From Polyangiaceae bacterium (lineage in GTDB: Bacteria > Myxococcota_A > Polyangia > Polyangiales > Polyangiaceae), in contig JBNKBE010000007.1 in assembly GCA_050287085.1 (NCBI GenBank), forward strand, positions 32,001 through 96,000: DNA of 64,000 nt, given 5' to 3'. Made by a program: the position numbers and the translations under genes. Below are positions 56,862-64,000 of this stretch, piece by piece. Numbering within the stretch: the first letter of the stretch is position 1; every line of letters starts with the position of its first letter. The notes below the pieces were generated by a model, which saw only the letters and a program-made list of their open reading frames with translations, did no database searches and had not been told where the DNA came from.

Positions 56862-56958
56862 GGGGCGCGCACTTTACGCGGGTCTGGCGTCGAGCGCAAG
56901 AGCGAGTAGTCAGCCTTCGCGCAGCAACCACGCGCGGGTGCCCGCTGGAATCAGGTGT

Positions 56959-57318
56959 TCAGTGCTCTCGCTTGGTGAGCAGCTTGGTGATCAGGTCCTG
57001 CGAATACCCGCTGAGCTCCTTGAATACGACGCCCATGCCTGACGGGCTGCTCTGCACGCGCACCACCTCGCCGACCCCCTGGATGCTCTCGATGCTGTCC
57101 ATGATGACAGTGAACTGCAGATCGACGCGCGTACCCACCGGCAACGGGGCGTCCGTCTTGATGAAGACACCGCTCTGCGAGATGTTGGTCACGTATTCCT
57201 GAATGAACTGATCAAAGGAGTCAAACTCCTTGTTGATCGTGACTCGTGCCTCTTGTCTGCCGCTAGGCTCCGAGACTTCGGCGAGCTCCTCAGCGCCCTT
57301 GAAGGTCGTATTGTTCAA
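56959..57318 (-). CDS. PilZ-domain protein (myxobacterial TIGR02266-like)
   Basis: RQEAR (RxxxR), NISQSGVFI, GEVVRV, GMGVVF. Start uncertain, overlaps the rne stop. Confidence 0.88.
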   Translation of the reverse strand: MNNTTFKGAEELAEVSEPSGRQEARVTINKEFDSFDQFIQEYVTNISQSGVFIKTDAPLPVGTRVDLQFTVIMDSIESIQGVGEVVRVQSSPSGMGVVFKELSGYSQDLITKLLTKREH

Positions 57319-60300
57319 TGTGGTACTCCTGTCTAGGAACTAGCTCGATGCGACGCACGTAGCGCCGCTCCGCCTCGACGAGCGCATCCTTGGCCTCAAA
57401 CTTGAGGAAGTCAACCACGGCGGGATGGGCCGCGACGCGAACGGAATAGCCCGGCAACGTTTGTCGCTCGCGACGAATCTGTCGCAGGATCTCATACGCA
57501 ATCGTCTCGCGAGACTGAATGAAGCCGGTTCCGTCGCAGTAGAAACAAGACTCGTGCATGATGCGACCGAGGCTTTCTCGCGTACGCTTTCGCGTCATCT
57601 CGATCAACCCAAGCTCGCTGATGCGATTGATCGTCGTCTTCGCCTTGTCCTTCGCTAGGTGCTTCTCCAGCGCACGCCAGACCTTCTCGCGGTTCTCAGC
57701 GCGCTCCATGTCGATGAGATCTAGGATCACAAGCCCGCCGATATTGCGGAAGCGCAGCTGCTGAGCGATCTCAGAAACGGCCTCCAGGTTGGTCTTCAGC
57801 GCAGTTTCCTCAAGGTCCTTGCTGCCCTTGCCGACGTACCGACCCGTGTTGACGTCAATAGCCGTCAGAGCCTCCGCTTGATCCATAATCAGCGAGCCGC
57901 CACTTGGCAGCGGTACTTTGCGACTCAGCGCACGCTTGATCTCGTCCTCGATGCCATAGGCGTCGAAGATTGGCTCGTCGCCGGTGTAGAGCTTGATGTC
58001 ACCAACACGCGACGGCATGAACATTTCGACGAAACGGACCAGGCGAGCGTACTGATCTTTGTCGTCGATGATCACCTCCGCGACCTCGTCGGTGAAGTAG
58101 TCCCGCGCGACTTTGAGAACGAGATCGAGCTCTTCGTAGAGCACCTCGCGGGCCCGCGCCGCCTTGCGTTTCTCCGCAATGTCTGCCCACACGCGGATGA
58201 GATAGCCCACGTCCGCTTTGAGCTGCTTCTTTGTCAGACCCTCGGCAACGGTGCGCACTATGAGTCCACCGGTAGGTGGTTTCAGCGCGTCAATGACCTT
58301 CCGCAGACGAGAACGCTCTCGTCCTTGACCAATTCGCTTGGAGATGCCCGTGTGCTCGACGGTCGGAAGATAGACCACGTAGCGACCAGGAAGCGAAACG
58401 TGACTCGTAACCCGCGCCCCCTTTGTTCCGATCGGCTCCTTGGTGATCTGCACCACGACTTGGTCACCCTCGCGTACAACCTCCGTGATCGGAACGGAAC
58501 GGGAAACCCTGGCGGGTACTTTCGTAGGATCGAGCTCGATCGCGTTCCGGGTGGACGTCTTCCTGGGCTCCTCACCAACGGCACTTCCGCGCCGACGACG
58601 ACGGCCTCGTCGTCTCTTGCCACGACGATCGTCGGCTGGCTCCTCATCGCCAGCGTCCGCCGACGACACCTCTTCGGGGGCCTCTCCGGCGTCACTGGCC
58701 TCTCTTACGACGCTAGCTTCGTCATCGCCGGCAGAAGCGCGACGACGACGACGACGGCGACGGCGATAGCGCGCCGGGGGCTCAGCGTCCTCATCCGCAA
58801 AGGACTCGTCCGCAGGGGCAACGGCCGGCTCACCATCAGCCTCTGGGGCGTCGCCGTCCGCGTCAGCGGATTGCACGGTTGCCGCATGATCCGTACGTCC
58901 CAAGCCAGCAGAGCGGTGGCGCGAACGACGACGGCCACGTCGGGTACGCCGGGCTCCAGCGCCGGTATCGGATTGTCGGTCTTCCGAGTTCGACGAGTCC
59001 AACGCACGATCGTCCGTTGCATCCTCGTCCGCGGACTCCGCTAGCTCAGCTGCATCCGAATCCCTATCGGCATCTTCCTCGGACTCCGCGTCTCGGCCCA
59101 GATCTTCGGCGGCGTCGTCTTCCTCGTAGTCTGCATCCCCGATCCCGTCCGCATCAGGCTCACCAACGCCCGATTCGTCGCCTTCGTCCTCCAGATCGTC
59201 CGCGGCTTCGTCATCGGCTGCCTCGTCGTCGAAGTCGTCCCCTAGATCGCCGTCTTCGTCTTCGTCGAAGTCGCTATCGTCGTCCGCTAGCTCGCCATCT
59301 TCGTCGTCATCTTCGTCGAAGTCGCTATCGTCATCCGGGTCGTCCGCTAGCTCGCCATCTTCGTCTTCGTCTTCGTCTTCGTCTTCGTCTTCGTCGAAGC
59401 CGTTATCGTCGTCCGGGTCGTCCGCTAGCTCGTCGTCATCTTCGTCTTCGTCGAAGTCCCGGTCGTCCAGATCGTCGGCAAGCTCGTCGTCCTCGTCGTC
59501 CGCCGCCTCATCATCATCCTCGTCGAAATACTCGACCTCGTCGTCGCTGATGGAATCGTAGTCGTCATCCAGATCGACGTCTGGGTAGTCCTCGTCGCTG
59601 TCCGCCTCGTCCTCGTCGCCGTCCTGAGCCGCTTCCTCGCTACCCACGTCGTCGCCGTCGTCGTCCGAAGCGTCGTCACCGTCGTCGTCCGAAGCGTCGT
59701 CACCGTCGTCGTCCGAATCGTCTGCGGGCGCCGCGGAGGCCCGACGCGTCGAGTCCGCTTCGAGACCCTCTCCCAACAGCCCATCGCTCGGGGCGGAATC
59801 CGCAGCCCCCTCGCTCAGCGCGTCTTCGTCCTGTTCCTCATCCGCCGCGCTCGAAGCGAGCAGAACACCGTCCTCGTTCCGCCCTGCGCCCGGTCCGCGA
59901 CGGCCGCCCCTCGAACGGCGTGAACGCCGACGCCGACGCCGTCCACCGCCATCTTCGCCGTCCACGCTTACAACGTCCTCAGCAGAGCTGGTCTTGGCCT
60001 CGGTCCCGGACGCCTCGCTCCCATCTCGTTGTTGGGTGGCCTTGGACAGTGCCTGGGTGTTCGCCGCCAGGTAAGCGTCGAAGTCCTTCGGTCGAATCAA
60101 GTCCTCGACGTGCAGAAAAGCCGCGCGCTCCTGCCCCACGTCGATGAACGCCGCCTGCATACCAGGCAGCACTCGAGTGACCTTGCCCAGAACGACGTTG
60201 CCGACGGTTCCCCGATGCGCGGAACGCTCGATGTGCAGCTCCGCAATTACCCCCTCTTGGATCAGCGCGACGCGCGTCTCCCGGAGGTCAACGTTAATAA

Positions 60301-60319
60301 CGATAATATCTTTAGCCAT
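57290..60319 (-). CDS. rne: Ribonuclease E/G with a very large low-complexity insertion in the S1 domain
   Basis: GKVTRVLPGMQAAFIDVG...QITKEPIGTKGAR, IDVNTG, QLRFRNIGG..D.IDM, EMTRKR, CFYCDGTG. Confidence 0.95.
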   Translation of the reverse strand: MAKDIIVINVDLRETRVALIQEGVIAELHIERSAHRGTVGNVVLGKVTRVLPGMQAAFIDVGQERAAFLHVEDLIRPKDFDAYLAANTQALSKATQQRDGSEASGTEAKTSSAEDVVSVDGEDGGGRRRRRRSRRSRGGRRGPGAGRNEDGVLLASSAADEEQDEDALSEGAADSAPSDGLLGEGLEADSTRRASAAPADDSDDDGDDASDDDGDDASDDDGDDVGSEEAAQDGDEDEADSDEDYPDVDLDDDYDSISDDEVEYFDEDDDEAADDEDDELADDLDDRDFDEDEDDDELADDPDDDNGFDEDEDEDEDEDEDGELADDPDDDSDFDEDDDEDGELADDDSDFDEDEDGDLGDDFDDEAADDEAADDLEDEGDESGVGEPDADGIGDADYEEDDAAEDLGRDAESEEDADRDSDAAELAESADEDATDDRALDSSNSEDRQSDTGAGARRTRRGRRRSRHRSAGLGRTDHAATVQSADADGDAPEADGEPAVAPADESFADEDAEPPARYRRRRRRRRRASAGDDEASVVREASDAGEAPEEVSSADAGDEEPADDRRGKRRRGRRRRRGSAVGEEPRKTSTRNAIELDPTKVPARVSRSVPITEVVREGDQVVVQITKEPIGTKGARVTSHVSLPGRYVVYLPTVEHTGISKRIGQGRERSRLRKVIDALKPPTGGLIVRTVAEGLTKKQLKADVGYLIRVWADIAEKRKAARAREVLYEELDLVLKVARDYFTDEVAEVIIDDKDQYARLVRFVEMFMPSRVGDIKLYTGDEPIFDAYGIEDEIKRALSRKVPLPSGGSLIMDQAEALTAIDVNTGRYVGKGSKDLEETALKTNLEAVSEIAQQLRFRNIGGLVILDLIDMERAENREKVWRALEKHLAKDKAKTTINRISELGLIEMTRKRTRESLGRIMHESCFYCDGTGFIQSRETIAYEILRQIRRERQTLPGYSVRVAAHPAVVDFLKFEAKDALVEAERRYVRRIELVPRQEYHIEQYDLQGR
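59250..59717 (-). repeat. Coding repeats inside the acidic insertion of rne
   Basis: 27-bp tandem units (DDDGDDASD) near 59647-59717, repeated ELADD..D..FDEDED blocks, and (TCTTCG)6 at 59358-59393. Confidence 0.88.
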
Positions 60320-61125
60320 TTACTGCGTAGAACGCAGCCGACTACCTGGTGCGATACCGCCGAGGTCAAACCCTTGAGATGTCGTCACGCCCAGTCTGGA
60401 CGCTGGATCCGCGGGGACCCAAGCGCCTACTGCGGGGAAGGGCATGAAACGCCCGTCCCTCGTCCTGGCCGACCCATGGCTCGCTGGTGGTGATTCGTGG
60501 CGCCAGTCCGCTGCCACAAGCCCAGCCAACGCGGTGGTACGACCCCTGACCGTTCGGCGCCGCGTATTGGACACGGCGAACAGCGATGCGGCAGACGGTG
60601 CAAAAACCACGATCATCTCTCGAAAGGCCTCAATCTCAGGACCTCGCTGGTCACCGGACCGCAAGCGAAGTCCCAATGGAATCAAACTACACAGGTACCG
60701 GCTGCCCGTTGGAGGTCCCGGTCCAAGGACCGTGACCGATGTGGGTTTCCGAGTGAGCCCCACAGGGACGGCACACCCGGTGCTAGTAACCAATTGAATT
60801 CTCTGGCCCTCGGGCTCTGAGCCCAGGGCGGCGGGACGACAGCCGAGACTGGAAGATCTCCTGCCGACCCGAAACACTTCTCATCAAACCTGGGAACGTG
60901 CCGTTTCATTCCGATGCCAGCACATTCCGCCCTGCCTTGGGCAGGGCCTACCCGCTGTCGCGGCAATAGCCTCGTCACTCGCCCACTCCCTAGAGTCGGC
61001 ATTGCTTGGCATCACCTGCGTTTCGACGGCTTTCCGCCGCCAACCTCCATACGGTCTAGTTTGGCATGGCCGCTGTCGCGACGAGCCTTGTCAAAGATTG
61101 CGGGCTCCCCAAAATAGAAGCCCTG
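60320..61125 (-). ncRNA. Candidate large structured RNA / 5' leader of rne
   Basis: No credible ORF. Many hairpins and long-range helices pair better on the minus strand via G-U. Upstream promoter-like element. Confidence 0.55.
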
Positions 61126-61132
61126 GGCTTCT

Positions 61133-61161
61133 GTGATAGCCCAAGGTCGGGAGTCGATCAA
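61133..61161 (-). promoter_or_regulatory. Putative sigma70-type promoter pointing toward rne
   Basis: TTGATC-17 nt-TATCAC on the minus strand, followed by the palindrome AGAAGCCC-T-GGGCTTCT (61116-61132). Confidence 0.45.
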
Positions 61162-61239
61162 CGCGTATCGACGGAAGCTTGACACTCCCGGCAGACCCGT
61201 CCGCTATTCAGGCCCTTGCGACTTCGGGTCCCGAGGCCG

Positions 61240-61980
61240 ATGCTGCCTGAAATGGACCGCACGACGCTGGTACTCGACATCGAAACCATCCTCGATCCCA
61301 ATCTGCCCCTGAACGAGCGGACCGAATCGGAGGGGCTCCCGGCGCCGCCACACCACTCGCTCGTCTGCATCGGTGTGCTCTGGCTCGACCAAGACCTAGC
61401 GGTCAAACGCCTCGGTATCATTGGCGAGGGCAAAGACGAGGCCGGAATCGTGGCCGACTTCGCACAATTCCTCGATCGTCACCGTCCAACCCTCGTCACG
61501 TTCAACGGCCGGGGCTTCGACCTCCCCGTAATCGCCGCGCGCTGCCTCAAACACGGTCAGCCCTTCACCTACTACTATCGCGATCGGGACGTGCGGTACC
61601 GCTTTTCTCCAGACGGACACCTGGATCTCATGGACTACCTCGCCGACTTCGGCGCCGCGAAGCGCTCGCGCCTGGACACGATGGCCCGCCTATGCGGCAT
61701 GCCCGGCAAGGTGGGCGTCGATGGCAAAGACGTCGGACCCATGGTGCATGCCGGACGCCTCGCAGAGGTGCAGAACTATTGCCTCTGCGACGTCGTACAG
61801 ACGGCTGGAGTATTCCTGCGCACACAGTTGCTTAGAGGTGAACTGGCACGAGAGCACTATCTGGTCGCCATGCGCTCTTTGATGAGTACCGCACGTGACG
61901 ATGAGCGAACCAGAGCCGTGGCAGACGCGTGGGAAGTTGACGTATTGCTCCTGGGCGAGGAGTTGTCCAACGACGAGTAG
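61240..61980 (+). CDS. 3'-5' exonuclease, PolB-exonuclease-like (DEDDy)
   Basis: LDIET, LVTFNGRGFDLP, HLDLMD, GMPGK, YCLCDV. Confidence 0.9.
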   Translation: MLPEMDRTTLVLDIETILDPNLPLNERTESEGLPAPPHHSLVCIGVLWLDQDLAVKRLGIIGEGKDEAGIVADFAQFLDRHRPTLVTFNGRGFDLPVIAARCLKHGQPFTYYYRDRDVRYRFSPDGHLDLMDYLADFGAAKRSRLDTMARLCGMPGKVGVDGKDVGPMVHAGRLAEVQNYCLCDVVQTAGVFLRTQLLRGELAREHYLVAMRSLMSTARDDERTRAVADAWEVDVLLLGEELSNDE

Positions 61981-62032
61981 ATGCGGCCACAGGACATCTG
62001 TAAAGCCGATGCCGTCATGCGCTACTCCGCGA

Positions 62033-62269
62033 TCAACTGACGGCTAGTCGTCGTCGCAGGGCCAATGCCGCCGACTGGATATCCGCAGCGCAGGGCTCGC
62101 AACCACCTTCGCAGCACTCCTCCCAGGTATCCATATCCTGATCCGCCACGGCGACGACGTCCTCCGCGTCGCGATCCGGATCGAGCCCTTTGGCCACACA
62201 GATTTCACGAGCCAACTGTGTCCGCCGCTCCGGACTCACCGCACCTTTCGCAGCCATTGCCCGCTTCAA
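62033..62269 (-). CDS. Small protein with CCxxGCxxC motif (oxidoreductase-like N-terminal domain type)
   Basis: ECCEGGCEPC. Start uncertain. Confidence 0.6.
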   Translation of the reverse strand: MKRAMAAKGAVSPERRTQLAREICVAKGLDPDRDAEDVVAVADQDMDTWEECCEGGCEPCAADIQSAALALRRRLAVS

Positions 62270-62459
62270 CTGGACACGATCTGGGGGTCCGTCAAGTGGC
62301 GAAGGGATAGCGGACGCTTTGATCGGCGCTGCGGGGAGCGAGCAAGCTCACTCCCGGCGGTTTGAGCGCCAAGAGCCGGTTCACCGAAGCGGACCGGGCA
62401 TGGTGATGAATCCGAAGCAACCCACCACGACCCGGAGCCGAAACCGATCAGAGGGTGCG

Positions 62460-62993
62460 CTAGAGCAGCCGCAGTCCGAGAAAGAGCCCCGACAGCAGTG
62501 ACAATCCGATCAGGATGAGGGGCGCAACGGGTGAGCGGAAGTCCTTAGCGCGTTGCTGTCGAGAATAGGTCACTGCCAAACTCGCCCCGCCGAGCACAAC
62601 CGCCAGAAACGCCAAGCCCAGTCCGGCAGTCAACAATGAGGTATCCCAGCCGTGTGGTCGAATGACGCCGAAGAGCCGATCGATCTTGAACTCAACTGGC
62701 TGCGCTTGATCGTAGCAGTACCAGGTGAGCAACCAAACGGTCCAGCCGACGAAGTTGAGCAAGAAGGCCACTCGCTCGCGTGGATCGACCTTGTCACGAT
62801 CCCTCTCCCTCCGGGCCGGCAGGATCGAAGGTGGCGTCGTATCCGGGGGCGCTCGCAACGACTGGGCCGAGAAGTTGGCGCGAGGGATCACAATTCTTTG
62901 CGACGACGGCTGTGAGGGAGACGACGCCGATATGCTCGCTTGCCGGGCGGCGGCGATGCTTTGCGCTAGAATCGGGGGCTGGGATTGGCTCAC
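62460..62993 (-). CDS. Hypothetical membrane protein
   Basis: Pro/Ser-rich N-terminus followed by three TM helices. Confidence 0.7.
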   Translation of the reverse strand: MSQSQPPILAQSIAAARQASISASSPSQPSSQRIVIPRANFSAQSLRAPPDTTPPSILPARRERDRDKVDPRERVAFLLNFVGWTVWLLTWYCYDQAQPVEFKIDRLFGVIRPHGWDTSLLTAGLGLAFLAVVLGGASLAVTYSRQQRAKDFRSPVAPLILIGLSLLSGLFLGLRLL

Positions 62994-63132
62994 GCGACTT
63001 TCACTCCGTCTAGATCGACGGCAGCGGTCGCCAAAGCATTAGAGTGATCGCACGAGCCGAAGCGCTATCTCCTGACTCACGCCGCGTGTCCCGGCCCTGG
63101 GATGTCTCTTCCCCCGTGAAGCGGGAGGCGCT

Positions 63133-63885
63133 ATGTACCTACTCGTGAGTGCTCAACTCAGTGTAAATATCAATAAAGTTGCTACGTTACGAAACTCTCG
63201 GGGGGCCGATGTCCCAGCTCTAGCGGACGCTATCGCTGCGATCGTACGGGCCGGATGCAAAGGGATCACAGTCCACCCCCGGGCGGACGAGCGGCACATC
63301 ACCCGCCGTGACATCTTCGACGTTGCCGCGTGCGTCCGCGCCTTTCCGGGCGTTGAGTACAACATTGAAGGCGATCCGCGACCGGAGTTGATGCGGGATG
63401 TCCTCGATGTCCGCCCCGACCAGTGCACTTTGGTTCCGGTCCGACCCGGAGAGGTGACCAGCGAGGCGGGGTGGGATATTCACGCGGAGCATCAATCGCT
63501 GAGAGCCGCGATCGAGGCCCTTCGCGCCCGGGGGATTCGCGTCAGTCTGTTCGTTGATGCCGCTGAAGACACTGTGCGCTGGGCCCACGCCCAGGGAGCC
63601 CAACGCGTGGAGCTCTACACGGAGCCCTTCGCTCGGGCTTTCTCCCGAGGCCCCGACGCGGCGCAAGCGTCGATGCAGCAGTTTCAGAGAGCAGCGTCAC
63701 TGGCCCACGAATTGGGCCTCGAGGTTAACGCAGGACACGACCTCGATCTCGACAATCTGCTGCTGTTTCGAGAACTCCAGCCCCTGCACGAGGTGTCGAT
63801 CGGGCACGCTCTGATCTCGCGGGCCCTATTCGTGGGGCTGGACACCGTGGTGCGCGAGTACCTCGATCTCCTGGCCACGGGCTGA
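63133..63885 (+). CDS. pdxJ: Pyridoxine 5'-phosphate synthase
   Basis: LSVNINKVATLRNSRG, GITVHPRADERHI, NIEG, VSLF, ELYT, NAGHDL, EVSIGHALI. Confidence 0.97.
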   Translation: MYLLVSAQLSVNINKVATLRNSRGADVPALADAIAAIVRAGCKGITVHPRADERHITRRDIFDVAACVRAFPGVEYNIEGDPRPELMRDVLDVRPDQCTLVPVRPGEVTSEAGWDIHAEHQSLRAAIEALRARGIRVSLFVDAAEDTVRWAHAQGAQRVELYTEPFARAFSRGPDAAQASMQQFQRAASLAHELGLEVNAGHDLDLDNLLLFRELQPLHEVSIGHALISRALFVGLDTVVREYLDLLATG

Positions 63886-64000
63886 GGTTTGGGCCAACAA
63901 GGCTCGACGCGTCCAGCCCGTCTGCGGCGCTAGGCGCGAAGCCCTAGGGGCTGTCCGGCCCGGTACACGGTAGCGGAGCCACGAAGAGAAACCGTATCCC

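Noticed and set aside
60320..60877. 185-aa ORF directly upstream of rne
   Set aside because: No recognisable domain and shadow-ORF-like composition. The region is better explained by RNA structure, though not formally excluded
60484..61110. tmRNA or RNase P RNA (GGGG...TTGAC start, CCACCA)
   Set aside because: No T-arm before CCACCA, no acceptor-stem pairing or tag ORF seen, too long, and the RNase P signature GAGGAAAGTCC is absent

Overview
GC-rich chromosomal window from a myxobacterium (Myxococcota, probably Polyangiaceae-like; inferred from mglB-mglA, a TIGR02266-type PilZ protein, DUF4388/TPR/PEGA proteins and many lipoproteins). It is mostly housekeeping: rnr, serS, tyrA, rpe, bioF/bioD, aroK-aroB fusion, dapF, queE, rph, trmL, rnc, comEC, hpt, rarA, yggS, mglBA, rne and pdxJ, plus a MoxR-DUF58-transglutaminase operon. 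I saw no mobile element, tRNA, rRNA or CRISPR-Cas locus. The strongest leads are: (1) an ~800-nt non-coding, highly base-paired region leading into rne on the minus strand, a candidate large structured leader or ncRNA; (2) an RNase E/G with a ~530-aa acidic/Arg-block insertion inside its S1 domain; (3) a six-gene translationally coupled operon joining an active and an apparently inactive DUF3857/transglutaminase giant to an orphan T3SS/flagellar SctQ/FliN gene with an internal start; (4) a ~1.9-kb gene-free, repeat-rich stretch associated with two parS-like sites; (5) a catalytically dead DAHP-synthase homologue beside tyrA, and other pseudoenzymes; (6) a 37-aa highly basic ORF missing from the ORF track; (7) tandem sigma54-type boxes and repeated leaderless-promoter geometry. 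All family calls come from motif recognition by eye. No database search or folding program was run.
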